A stretch of 64,000 nucleotides of DNA from Eledone cirrhosa (taxonomy: Eukaryota): NCBI GenBank assembly GCA_964016885.1, contig OZ024743.1:247008001-247072000 (forward strand), in the 5' to 3' direction. Position 1 is the stretch's first letter. Each line of letters begins with the position of its first letter. A model generated the notes under the pieces. That model made no database searches. It worked only from the letters and a program-made list of their open reading frames with translations, and was not told where the DNA came from. Shown here piece after piece: positions 1 to 11,027 of the stretch. Made by a program: the position numbers and the translations under genes.

Positions 1-395
1 TTAGGGTTGGGGCTAGATTTAATTTTATGTTTAATTTAGTTTTAGTTTCCAAATCCCAGGAAAAAAATTGATTCAGAGCAACTAAAAGGTCAGATTAGTT
101 GATAGCACTCAAAAGGAGACCGAAGAAAAATCTTTAGGGTATATATCTACAAAACGACAATGGTTTTTCCACCCGCTTTACTCCTCCTTTTTTCTAGAAC
201 AACTAATCATTTCCAACTGGTTTGGAGGTCATATTCGTTGATAACATACGAAAAATATTAGAGAAAACTCTGGGGTTAAATGAGAGATGTGCATCCACCT
301 AAGTTTTCCATGAAGAGAGAGTCAATAACAAACATCTTAGAGATCAGATTAGTTGATAACACATGAAAAAAAGATGAGGAAAAAATTTTGGGTGT

Positions 396-665
396 TATAT
401 GGTATGGAGTAGTGTGGTGTGTTTTTATGTGGAGTGGAGTAGTGTGGTGTGTTTTTATGTGGTGTGATGTAGTGTGGTGTGTTGTGTTGTGGTGTTATGT
501 GGTGTGGAGTAGTGTGGTGTAGTGTTGTATATTTTTATGTGGTGTGGTGCGGTGCACTGCGATGTGGTGTGGTGTGGTGTGGTGCAGTGCGGTGCAGTGT
601 GGTGTTGTGCAGTGCGATATTGTGCAGTGCGGTATTGTGCAGTGTAGTGCTGTGCGGTGCAGTGA
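396..665. repeat. Degenerate pentanucleotide microsatellite (GTGTG/GTGCA)n
   Basis: Runs of gtggt/gtgca/gtgcg pentamers; the overlapping ORFs are low-complexity artefacts. Confidence 0.85.
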
Positions 666-857
666 GGTTCTTCATCTTTATCTTTCTCTTCTTCATCTTT
701 GTATTCATCTTCTTTGTTTTGTCTTCCATCTAAAGAAAGAAAAAATATATAAAACATATATGTAGCCAATCTCTCAGACTTTTACAAAGCTCCAGGGAGA
801 TAAATTTAATATAAGTGGTGTGTTCCAGAACAGAGATACTACAAAATAGCTTAAAAG

Positions 858-904
<47 letters not shown>

Positions 905-908
<4 letters not shown>

Positions 909-2490
909 TACACGGGTGTGTATGATTGTGTATAGAAGATTATATTAATAAAAGGAATTCCAACTTTGTCTGATTTACTCGTTTTATTTACAATCCTTTA
1001 AAATTATAATGGTATTAGAATGAAATAGTATGGTAGAATATTAAGTGTTAATTGAACAAGTAATTTCATGCTTTCGCAATCTTCAGGTTTATATTCTGTG
1101 GTGACAGTCAAGTTTACAATTTTCAACTAGTTAGGGTTTAAGTTTGTTTTTATGTATTGTGATGTGTGATATGTAAAAGACAGACGAGCATGAAAGGGAG
1201 AAAAATATAATGAACTGAGGAGGAATAATCTAACGTCAAAAAAATGTTTATGTTTACGAAGGATTTTTAAAGGTAATGCTATAAAGTATTTAAAAGGTTA
1301 TAATAATTTTTATGGCCAATGATATGAAGAAAGATGGAAGAGTGGATATGTTGTGGTGAGTAATAATAAGAATTGAGAAGTAGTTAGGAAGAAAAAGTAC
1401 AGATTAGAGGTTAGAAATTAAAAGAAAAGAGGAAGAAAGGAAAGTGATAAATAGGAATGATATAGAATGAGTAACTAGTATTATATAATGTATAATAAAT
1501 AATATTGAAATAAGGTAGAAAGATGGGTATATTTTTGGAAGGTTCTGTATTGTTGGAAAGTTTAGATGGTAGTGTCTGAGTTTTTTGTCGATTATTAGAA
1601 TTACTGGCACTGGTTTGTTTGTTCGACTGTTTAGAGTTGACAAGTTGTTTTATCACAGGTGTCTTCCATTCTTTAAGTAAATGATTTAGAAATATCTGGA
1701 CTTGGGAGTCAGAAGAATCAAGCAGTTCTTTCATATATTCTTCAACATCTAAGTTTCATATATTCTTCAAGAACTAAGTTTTTTTCAAGACAATGGTTGT
1801 GGAGAGGACATTTATTTTTAACAGGACAATTACAATTGCGATTAGAGAAATTAACAGAGTTATTAACAAGTGACCTAGTGTTATCTATAGGAGGAATTGG
1901 ATTGGAGAAGTTATTTACGATAGGAATAATAGTTTCCTGATTTAGATTAGTATTAAGAACATTTGACGAAGTTACGTTTGACGTCGTATTTGAGTTTGCA
2001 GAATCTAGCCTAGAGTTAACAATGACGTCGGGAGTACTACTGCTATTATTATGACATTCAGTGTTGGAAGGAAGTGATTTAGTATTTAATATTTTATTGT
2101 TGTGTTTAGAGATAATGTTGGAGATGTTGGAGGAGGTGGAATAGGAAAATGTTATTGTATGTTTGTTAAATATTTTACTATAGATATGTGAGGGAGGGAA
2201 GCATTTATTTAAGGCACTAAAGAATAATTTAGGAATTTTATTATTAATAGAAATAGAGAAAGGAGCATTATACCAGATTATATTTTTGTATCTAGGTCTT
2301 TTATTTATGTTATTGGAATGATCATAATTAATTATTTCACTGTAAGATCTTCTGGGATTGGTTTCTTTACTGTATTTGATTTTATCAGGATAACCGGCTT
2401 TAGAAAGCGCATTATTATAGTAATTGGCGTTAGCATCAAAGATATTTTTATTAGATGATAGGTTTGATATTCTTTTTCCAATATTACTAA
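905..2490 (-). mobile_element. Degenerate Penelope-like retroelement (PLE) 3' portion
   Basis: Minus-strand translation of ~1780-2490 gives RISNLSSNKNIFDANANYYNNALSKAGY, KNIIWYNAPFS, KIFNKHTITFSYSTSSNISNIISKHN and CNCPVKNKCPLHNHCL. These match the RT-thumb/linker motifs (IIWxNPPFS, CNC..CPL..CL) of GIY-YIG PLEs. A hammerhead-like core at 1064-1086 and AATAAA near 985 follow downstream. Boundaries are approximate. Confidence 0.7.
1064..1086 (-). ncRNA. Degenerate minimal hammerhead ribozyme core (PLE pLTR type)
   Basis: Minus strand reads CTGAAGA-T-TGC-GAAA-GCA-T-GAAA (core plus short stem II). Stems I and III pair poorly, so it is probably inactive. Confidence 0.5.
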
Positions 2491-3035
2491 CTGTTACTCG
2501 AATCTGCAGAAAACTTCAACGAAGCACTAATCACCCTGGATACTCAATTCTTAGCCCCCAGTCGTATACTCTATGCCAGACATTAACTCCTAACATGCCG
2601 CCAAAAGCAAGAAGAAACCGTCCGAGAGTTTATTAAAAGACTCAACCTTTTAGTGGAAAAATGTAACTGTAAAGCCATCACAGCTAAAGACCACAGAGAT
2701 ATGTTGACCCTGGATTCACTAGTAGCAGGAGTCCAATCAGACGCTGTACGAGCACGTCTCCTAGAGCTGGACGATACTCAAGCAAACCTAAAAGACTGCA
2801 TAGCTATGGCAAATGCAATAGAACTATCCAGTGATTTTACTAAATCATTCAACCTAGACGTCTCTCTGAATTCATCAACACTGTCAACTACATCCTCTCA
2901 AGAACCTACCGTAGCAGCTACAAAATCAAAACAACCTCTTCTGAAATACTTGAAAAATGCTAATTCCCAAAGTGAATTTAAATGCTTTTTTTGTGGACTT
3001 TCTAGACATCCTAGAAATAAATGCCCAGCTAGAAA
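2491..3035 (+). mobile_element. Ty3/Gypsy-type LTR retrotransposon gag remnant
   Basis: One frame reads ...LYARH*LLTCRQKQEETVREFIKRLNLLVEKCNCKAITA...DSLVAGVQSDAVRARLLE..., followed by the CX2CX4HX4C knuckle CFFCGLSRHPRNKC. It has one in-frame stop; no pol or LTR is visible. Confidence 0.75.
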
Positions 3036-3375
3036 AGTACATAGGAGATGTATAATTTTTTCCTGATATGGTGGGTAGACAAACGAGCTGGACAGATCAG
3101 TTGGGAGAAAACATTAGTTGGTTTAAACGTTTCATAAATTATTTTAAATATAGCGTAATTAGATGGTAAAAAAACAAAACAAAAATTGACTGTTCTTCAG
3201 TCTCTATGCTGCTTATAACCAATTAAGATAGGGATTAATTCAAAAGTATATATTATATCAAAGGAAAAAATATTCTAGGAAAACAGTAGTATTATGAAAA
3301 TATAATAATAAAGGGAAAAAGAATTTGGATTATAGAATTTGTAGATATTGAATAAAATTGTTGTGCGTTCTAATA

Positions 3376-3503
3376 TTTGTTTCTACTTTAGGCACAAGGC
3401 CAGCAATTACCCAGTTCATTACTGGTACTTTATTTTATCGACCCCGTAAGGATGAAAGCAAAGTAAACCTCGGCGGGATTTGAACTCAGATCGTAAAGGG
3501 ACG
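3376..3503 (-). mobile_element. tRNA-derived SINE, 5'-truncated (family A)
   Basis: Minus strand has B-box-like GAGTTCAAATCCCGCCGAGG and core CTTTCATCCTTACGGGGTCGATAAAATAAAGTACCAGT; many copies in the window. Confidence 0.75.
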
Positions 3504-3770
3504 TTGTGCGTTCTAATATTGCAAAACTAAAGCTCCAATTCCAAGCTTTTATTCAATATCTAGAATATAAAAACAGTAATTAGTCTTGAAGAAATATAAC
3601 AATAATATTTGTAAGAAAAGAAAGATATGCAATAAAACAAAGTTATATTGAGGATAGATGAACTTCATAACACTAACTATAGCATTTTTAATGTTAGTCG
3701 GGTGGTTAAATTTAAAATTAATATAATTTAGATTCTCATTATATATATATATACATACATATATATGCAA

Positions 3771-4735
3771 TCTATATATATAAAACTGTGGTTGTCTGTC
3801 TGTCTATCGATTTTTGGCACACATCTCCTCTTAGAATCTCTCACGGAATTGCACCGAAATTGCTATACTTGTACATTGAGCCCTAGCGAAGACATCGGAA
3901 AAAATAAAATTTCAAATTGACCCACCCTATGTGACGAAATCGAATATAATGTATCGATTTTTGAGCGTAAGTTATCAGTTATTTCCCTTTGTTCTGTTTA
4001 CATTGAGCGTCTTACGTAAAAAATTACGCTGGCTTTCTCAGCGTTTAAAATGACATATTGACCTGCAAAATTCATCAGTTCGAACACTAAGCTTCCGTTT
4101 TGCTTCATTTCCATTTAAAAGCATTTTAAAACAATATTTTTACTTGAAAACAAGTCTATTTAAAGACTACGTAAAACAAGCAAATATTTCGTCGTTAGGC
4201 GTGCAGACAGACAGTCGTGCAGACAGATAGTCGTGCAGACAGATAGTCGTGCAGAGAGGTGATATAGGCGTGCAGACAGATAGTCGTGCAGAGAGGTGAT
4301 ATAGGCGTGCAGACAGATAGTCGTGCAGAGAGGTGATATAGGCGTGCAGACAGATAGTCGTGCAGAGAGGTGATATAGGCGTGCAGACAGATAGTCGTGC
4401 AGAGAGGTGATATAGGCGTGCAGACAGACATAACTGATAATTTGGTTACGCTAATGTTTTTCTCTGCGTTGCAGTGTTTACATTTTCGATCTTTGTTAAT
4501 AAATAACCAGTGCAGTTTTTATCCCCAGCATCCTCTTTTGTTATAACATTCGGGTTATCGTTATGTTTTCTTAACTTCATAAAGCATATTGTTGGTTGAG
4601 GGAATATTAATCAAAAACACCACATGCAAGTCTGCACAGTAGACACTACAGTTTTTAAGCCAAAAAAGAAACTTAACATTGTAACTTTAACACAGCTACT
4701 GAGCGACCCCGAGCAACGCCGGGCTTTACTGCTAG
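3771..4735 (+). mobile_element. Non-autonomous Helitron, copy 1
   Basis: 5' TCTATATATATAAAA, 3' CTAG preceded by a GC hairpin (cccg..cggg, 4708-4723). Inserted between A(3770) and T(4736) with no TSD. A near-identical inverted copy lies at 53538-54393. Confidence 0.85.
4195..4431. repeat. 37-bp minisatellite inside the Helitron
   Basis: Unit taggcgtgcagacagatagtcgtgcagagaggtgata, about 6 copies here and about 2.5 in copy 2. Confidence 0.9.
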
Positions 4736-4767
4736 TATATTAATAAATGGAAACTGATATTATTTAC

Positions 4768-4850
4768 CATTTTCTTATCTTTGGCTTCTTCTTTTCTCTT
4801 GCGTTTGTTGACGCGCTATTCACTGGAGAAAAATGGCGCCAAACCTTTCC
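4768..4850 (-). other. Putative first exon (5' UTR + ATG only) of a divergently transcribed gene
   Basis: Minus strand reads GGCGCCATTTTTCTCC...GATAAGAAA ATG|GTAAAT, so the ATG (4770-4768) is directly followed by a GT donor. It has local CpGs, a YY1-like motif and tandem E-boxes upstream. No downstream exon was recognised in the window. Confidence 0.45.
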
Positions 4851-4895
4851 TTTTGAAAGAATAATGTGATTTGTCACGTGATTGTGTTCACGTGA
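4830..4895. promoter_or_regulatory. YY1-like motif and two TCACGTGA E-boxes
   Basis: AAAATGGCG at 4830-4838; TCACGTGA at 4874-4881 and 4888-4895. Confidence 0.5.
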
Positions 4896-5113
4896 TATTA
4901 CCTCTAAATATGTGAATGCGTATATACACCACACACACACACATATATATATATATACGTGAAAAAATGGGGAGAAGAATACTGCTGGTTGCACATGGAT
5001 AACATGTAATAAAATAATATAAGTCCCTCATCAGTGATTTGCCGACGATCATAGATATTTCATTGCATTAAAAATCATATACCTCACGGTGGTGCAATAA
5101 TAACTAAATTAAG

Positions 5114-5228
<115 letters not shown>

Positions 5229-5833
5229 TATACATACACGCAGAAACACACACATACAATAATGACCTGTACTACGATTCTGGAAAGATGAAGCACTCTG
5301 CCGCAGAATAAATGGTATTTAATTTTAATAATAATACTAATAATATATATATATATTTCTTAATTGAATTGATTACCATTATCGCTTTTATGGCAAAAGA
5401 TAGTCAGAGAGGGAAAGAGATAGACAGAGGGAAAGATTTTGACATATATATGATAGAAAGAAGAGGAAAAAAACGAGACCCTTAGAAACGAATAAGAGTC
5501 ATCAAAGCGATCATATGTATTGCTTTAAACTGTAATGCGAAGGGATACACTAGTATTTGAGGTACCATCATTTGGGATTTTAACCCTCGGACTTTCCCCT
5601 CCCGGTTTTGAAATTTAGGGAAAATTTAGGGGTGACTGGGAATATTACATAATGTAGGGATTTTCTTTTCCTTTTCTATCATTTCTTATTTATGTATTTA
5701 TATATTTATTTATCTACTCTCGTGATTGATATTCCGACAAATGTTAGGGGTGTATTTTGGTTTTTTATTATGTCAGGTATAGCATCCAAAAATTTCTCCC
5801 TTCCCCCAATATATATATATATATATATACAAA

Positions 5834-5913
5834 CACAGTGTCCCAAAAAAATGTATACACACTTCAACAGCAAAGTAATCAAAGTGTGTATATATTTTGG
5901 AGGGGACACCGTG
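5834..5913. mobile_element. Short Tc1/mariner-like MITE (inverted repeat)
   Basis: cacagtgtcccaaaaaaatgtatacacactt and aagtgtgtatatattttggaggggacaccgtg form ~30-bp imperfect TIRs in a TA-repeat context. Confidence 0.55.
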
Positions 5914-6140
5914 TGTATATATATATGTGTGTGTGTATGTGTAACTAGTAAAACTGTAAAAACGCAGCGGTATATTCTAATTTGGCCCTTTTAAGGGCCA
6001 CATATATTTTCATTTAAGTAACTCCACTTACGCGTGGTAGTAATACGGAAATAAACGATGTTTTGCTTTCATCGGCTGCTTCGACTGACAGCTAATAGCG
6101 TTGTAGTGCCAATAATATATATATAACCCAAAGCAATCAT

Positions 6141-6190
6141 TGTTTACTGTCACATTATTTCAACGGCGAGCACATGTTTACCTTAGCAAC
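6141..6190 (+). promoter_or_regulatory. RFX X-box plus forkhead (FOXJ1-type) motifs upstream of TTC25
   Basis: TGTTTAC at 6141-6147 and 6175-6181; X-box-like GTTTACCTTAGCAAC at 6176-6190, about 200 bp upstream of the ATG. Confidence 0.6.
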
Positions 6191-6390
6191 GGTAGTTATT
6201 TCACCTGTGTCGTGCTTGTAGTTTCAGTGATACATTTATATTCGCCACAAAACCGCGAGTAAAGAAAAAAAGCGCCGCAATAAAAGGTGGTATTAAAGAA
6301 GTGATTGAAGAAGTCAACAACCTGTTGCGTTTAATAAAATACTAAACACAAACAAGCAAGTAAATAAACATTAACTGAAATAGTGTCGTC

Positions 6391-6552
6391 ATGCTTGGAA
6401 ATCGTAGAAAAAACAGACGAGACAAAGACGATGACAGTGAGATGGATAACGATTCTATCATAATTCCAGTGACATTCGAATCTCGTAGAGATGACGGCTT
6501 CCATTTCTTGCACGTTGGACAATATAAGAAGGCAGTCGAGAGTTTCACTAAG
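6391..6552 (+). CDS. TTC25: TTC25/ODAD4 coding exon 1
   Basis: ATG at 6391; MLGNRRKNRRDKDDDSEMDNDSIIIPVTFESRRDDGFHFLHVGQYKKAVESFTK, then AG|GTAAGT donor (phase 0). Resembles the recalled TTC25 N-terminal TPR (TF..Y..EG..L...GEFSKAAQSFS). Confidence 0.85.
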
Positions 6553-7519
6553 GTAAGTATATCATAGTAGTAACATTAATAAATTCGATTAATATTCTAT
6601 TTATATATAAAACACAGTGTTTGTAATGAATGCGATTTATAAAGGAAACAAATCAATAGAAATTAATCAAAGAAAAGTTTGAAGAGAAAAAACAGGACAA
6701 GTCTTGTACATTCAATTACAAGCAACAAGAAGCAATGCTGGTGTTGCCTTCTAAAAAAATGTGGCGAGAAGAGACACTCGTGATATTGCCACAGGCAATT
6801 ACATACTCGTGATATTACTAGGTTACGTATATACGTGGTGCCATAATTCCTGAGGGAGCTGACATACGACGTTTCTTTTAAAAACCTGGCCGAGCCCATC
6901 TCTTCAGGTTAAGGCGCTGAAATAGCCAAACACCCTCATTAGCAGCGTAGCTCCTACAGGTTGACAAAAATAGTTTACCGATAATTCATGGTAACGTTAA
7001 ACAAAAGGTGTTACCAGTTATTTACACATAGCTTAGTAGTTATGGTGTTTAGCTAACGAATGTAAGGTTCTGAGTCCGATAATCTGCGGTTCGTTGTGTC
7101 CTTTATTGCATATCTGGCAAAAAGGAGTTGTACTTGTAATTTAAAAGGCCAGCCTTGTCATACCACATGCCACACTGAATCTCCCGAGTTCTAGAAAAGC
7201 ACCTAGTTCATGCTGTAATGTGGTTGGTATTAGGAAGAGAATCCAGACCAGAAACACCTGACTTCACTTGGCTAGTCTCATATGACAACCCATCGAACCC
7301 ATGCAAACATGGAAAATAGACGGTAAACAGTAATGATAATAATGATGATGATGATAATGATGATGATGATGAGTGTGATGATGTGGATATATATAAAACT
7401 AGCAAACTGCTTTGTTAAAGTTTGGTTAAGAAACTAAATATCTCTTATTCTGTCTGTAAAACAATAAGTTACGTAACTAGTAAACCATAAAGATTTTATA
7501 TCTTCTTAAACAGAATCAA

Positions 7520-7635
7520 TAATTGTTTCTACTTTAAGCACAAGGCCAGCAATTACCCAGTACATTACTGGTACTTTATTTTATCGACCCCGTAAGGATG
7601 AAAGGCAAAGTTAACCTCAGCGGGATTTGAACTCA
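7520..7635 (-). mobile_element. SINE family A fragment
   Basis: Near-identical to 3376-3503; ends about 30 bp before the exon 2 acceptor. Confidence 0.75.
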
Positions 7636-7666
7636 ACCAATAATGAAGATATTTATTATGTTTTAG

Positions 7667-7798
7667 GCCTTAGAAATGAATGAAGATGATAAACAATGTC
7701 TTGTGACCAGATCCAAATGTAGCTTACAGCTTGGAGATGCTCAAAGTGCTTTAAAGGATGCCGAAATGGCATTATTGCAAGGGCAAGATTTTATTCCT
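7667..7798 (+). CDS. TTC25: TTC25/ODAD4 coding exon 2
   Basis: ttttAG|GCC...CCT|GTAAGT; ALEMNEDDKQCLVTRSKCSLQLGDAQSALKDAEMALLQGQDFIP resembles TTC25 DKNCLVARSKCFLKMGD...LKDAE. Confidence 0.92.
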
Positions 7799-7980
7799 GT
7801 AAGTAATATATTTATTATTTTTAGTTTATATATGATTGTCCATATAGTAAAAGATGAATATATCTATATATGTATATAGTGTAGGTGATTCAGTGAATTA
7901 CTGGTGGTGATACCAAGACAAGCACTCCATGCGCAGGCAGAGTGTATACATTTAAAAAAACTATATTTTTTGTTACATCG

Positions 7981-8070
7981 CCAGTCTGAAGAGCAGATCA
8001 ATAATAGAGTCAGGTCCATAACTCCTATGGGTGACCCTGAGACAATCCTCTGTGAAACGTCCGTAACGGG
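7981..8070 (+). ncRNA. Type I hammerhead ribozyme motif (sense to TTC25 intron 2)
   Basis: Stem I ccagt/acggg (one mismatch); core CTGAAGA 7986-7992; stem II gcaga/tctgt extended by tcagg/cctga and ccata/tatgg; GAAA 8054-8057; short stem III ACG-TC-CGT; GUA cleavage triplet ending at 8065; AATAAA at 8080. Confidence 0.65.
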
Positions 8071-8144
8071 TCAATACACAATAAAAATCTAAATACATGT
8101 AAACGTAACTTCATTGTTTTGTATATATATATATATATATAAAA

Positions 8145-8330
8145 TAATTGTTTCTACTTTAGACACAAGGCCAGCAATTACCCAGTGCATTACTGGTACT
8201 TTATTTTATCAACCCCGTAAGGATGAAAGGCAAAGTCAACCTCGGTGGGATTTGAACTCAGATTGTAAAGGGACGTAACTATGCTGGAAAGCATGGCATC
8301 CGACCCTCTACCAATACTGCCAATCCACTG
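8145..8330 (-). mobile_element. tRNA-derived SINE family A, near full length
   Basis: Minus strand has a tRNA-like head (TGGCAGTATTGGTAGAG...GAGTTCAAATCCCACCGAGG) plus the shared core and tail. Confidence 0.8.
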
Positions 8331-8381
8331 ATAAAATAATATGTGTAAGTCAAACATGTTAAAGTTGGCTTCGTTTATTCT

Positions 8382-8448
8382 AATTCGCTGCTATATATAT
8401 TTCAGTGACAGCTATTATTGGCTGTGACCTCATCAGGCAGTAAGAATT
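8382..8448 (-). ncRNA. Type I hammerhead ribozyme motif (antisense to TTC25)
   Basis: Minus strand: aattcttactgc-CTGATGA-ggtcacagc caataata gctgtcact-GAA-ATATATAT-A-gcagcgaatt. Stem I ctgc/gcag plus aattc/gaatt; stem II acagc/gctgt; palindromic stem III; AATAAA immediately downstream (8379-8374). Confidence 0.72.
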
Positions 8449-9447
8449 AATGTAGAAAAAACAGGTAAACATGGTGTTGTAATGTGTTCTACCCTGTTAA
8501 TTCATCGATATGTCCAGCTCCTGGGTGTGTTGTTAGTCCTCAAAGGAACTGGAATCATATGTGCAAGAACAAACAAATTTTAGCGTCCAGAGGATATGCT
8601 CCCACCTCATTGGTCAGCTATCATACCACCCCCCAGCCGAAAGTCTATTGAAATTCGTCAGAAACAGGTCAGCCTGTTATAGTTGCTTTCATCAGTATGT
8701 TCAAGTCCAGCTGACCTACTTTACTGTGTTGGTAGTGGTAGTGGTGTTAGCAGGTCAACCATGGTTGGCTGCTGTTATGAGGGGGAGAATTTATGTCTGT
8801 AGACTGGCAGAGTTCAGTGCTTTTCCCTTGCCACTACGTCTTATAGTGGGAAATGCTAAACCAAAAAATGCGTGTGTTAAAACCAATAAAAAAAATAATA
8901 AAATAAAAAACCTGTCAGAATCCAGAAGCGTAAAGAATTACAATTCTTATTTCAGCATAAAGTACATATGCGTATCTGTCCACCAATGCACACCATTGTG
9001 CGTACACACGTATAAACACAGGCTCGGGTGCATTCACATATTCACGTCCACACAGTCACACACATCGGAACGCATACATGCATGCATACACACAATTACA
9101 TATACGCCCACACGGACACAGGGTCAAAAGTCACCTCTTGGGGTGGGGAGAGAGGTAAGTAGTAATAGGCGCGTCCTATTTACTTGCGGTATTTAGCACT
9201 GACTCCTGCGTGCGGAGGGGGTCAGGTTTGAGGCAGGATATCCTCCGGGTACTCGGATCACAACTTTCTCAGACACTATTCTATATGTGTATATATATAT
9301 ATAAGTGGATAAAAATAGTGATCATGATTATATAGATCTATATATACATGTGTATGTGTCTGTGTATAGACACCCCCTCACACACACATACACACATGCA
9401 TGCACGTTTATATACACATTGTTGAAATAAAGCAACTGTGATTGTAG

Positions 9448-9601
9448 GCCATACTTCGGAAAGCTGAAGCACTTTACCAATTGGGAGATTTTGAAACAGC
9501 TCTTGTTTACTTTCACCGTGGAAACAAACTGAGGCCAGAATTACAAGAATTTCTTCTTGGTATTAGTAAAGCACAAGAAGCCATTAATAACAGTATTGGA
9601 A
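9448..9601 (+). CDS. TTC25: TTC25/ODAD4 coding exon 3
   Basis: tgtAG|GCC...GGA A|GTATGT; AILRKAEALYQLGDFETALVYFHRGNKLRPELQEFLLGISKAQEAINNSIG is a highly conserved TTC25 block. Confidence 0.95.
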
Positions 9602-9674
9602 GTATGTACCACTTCTTTTCCATTTTGATGTTTCATGCCCTTTGGTGTTTCTCTCTAGAACAGACGTTTACAAA

Positions 9675-9882
9675 CTGTGTCACAACACTTTAGTGTCTCA
9701 CAAAACTTTAGTATGTCACCAACAATCTCTAGGTGTGTCACAACACTTTAGTATGTCACCAACAATCTCTAGGTGTGTCACAAAACTTTAGTATGTCACC
9801 AACAATCTCTAGGTGTGTCACAACACTTTAGTATGTCACCAATAATCTCCAGGTGTGTCACCATTATTCTCTAGGTGTGTCA
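9675..9882. repeat. 40-bp minisatellite, intron 3
   Basis: Unit tgtgtcacaacactttagtatgtcaccaacaatctctagg, about 5 copies. Confidence 0.85.
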
Positions 9883-10484
9883 TTAATAATATCTAAATTA
9901 ATTATTTTTCTAATCAGTGAGGGTATACAAAACTTTTAGTTTATTTTTTCTGTCATTGGGTAAAACTAATAAATTTCAGAAACAAAGTGACACAGCCTCT
10001 GGCACTCTCTTTGAAAAGGTTGACACAGCCTCTGACACTCTCTTTGAAAGGTGTGTTCTATGTTGAGCTATGTAGGGGGTAAACTGCAGACTACAATGTG
10101 GAACATACGTACATATGTGTATGTATATATTTGTGTGTGTGTTTGTGTGTGTATGTATGTGTTTGCGTATATAATTGTGTGTGTGTCTACGTTTGTGTGT
10201 GTATGTTTGTTGTGTGTGTGTATTTGTGTGTGTGTTAGATCTCCATTTGTTCTGTTAACAAGTGTCCAAGTTGATTAATCAATGAAGCAGTTTTCTGTGA
10301 AATTACCATGCAAGTGGCTGAGCATTTAGACTGACAGCCTTAATGTAGATCTTAAGATTCAGTATGATACATTGTATGACAAGGCTAATCTTTTGAATTA
10401 CAGCTACAATTCTTTTTTTTCAGCTGAGTGGACTGGTGCAACAAAACAAAGTGTCTTGCACAAGGACATGATGCATCACCTGAA

Positions 10485-10925
10485 TATACATACAGACACA
10501 CATACATATACACATATCTGCAGATATACACACATACATACACATATATTATACATACAAACACAAACACACTTGCATACAGACACACATATATGCATAC
10601 ATGCAAACAAATACACACATATATCATACATACATACACGAACACACATACATACTGACACACATGCATATACACGTATATGCATACATGCATACATACA
10701 CACATACATATATCATACATGCATATATCATACATATACAAACACACATAAATACAGACACACATAGATGCATACATGCAAACAAACACACGCACATACA
10801 TATATCATACATGCATATAATTTACATACATACACAAACACACATGTACACATGTACACATGTACACACACATACTTACAAGCATACATATAAACATATA
10901 GACATACACACTTACATACACATAT
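10485..10925. repeat. Degenerate (CA/TA)n microsatellite
   Basis: Long cata/caca tract; the overlapping ORFs are artefacts. Confidence 0.85.
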
Positions 10926-10962
10926 TTATGTAGTATATGATGAAACAGAGTATTTTATTCAG

Positions 10963-11027
10963 GTTTCAACAGTGTGAAGCTGCTGGCTGAAGGAGATCTT
11001 TCTTTGTTTGAGAGACACCAAGAAGAG
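10963..11027 (+). CDS. TTC25: TTC25/ODAD4 coding exon 4
   Basis: ttcAG|GT TTC...GAG|GTAATG; (S)FNSVKLLAEGDLSLFERHQEE resembles SPSSIKLENKGDLSF; phase 1 in, phase 0 out. Confidence 0.88.

Noticed and set aside
1-12. TTAGGG at the window start as a telomeric repeat
   Set aside because: Single isolated hexamer with no array.
455-769. His/Thr-rich and Cys/Val-rich ORFs here and at 5114-5296, 10372-10933 and 55135-55570
   Set aside because: Translations of microsatellites.
8655-8696. SECIS-like motif on the minus strand (ATGA-N10-AA-cagg ctga cctg-...TGA) upstream of the hammerhead
   Set aside because: The 3' strand is too short to form the upper helix, and there is no UGA-containing ORF nearby.
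8561-9196. 211-aa + strand ORF in intron 2
   Set aside because: Non-ATG start, no recognisable motif, partly CA-repeat derived, and no fitting splice sites.
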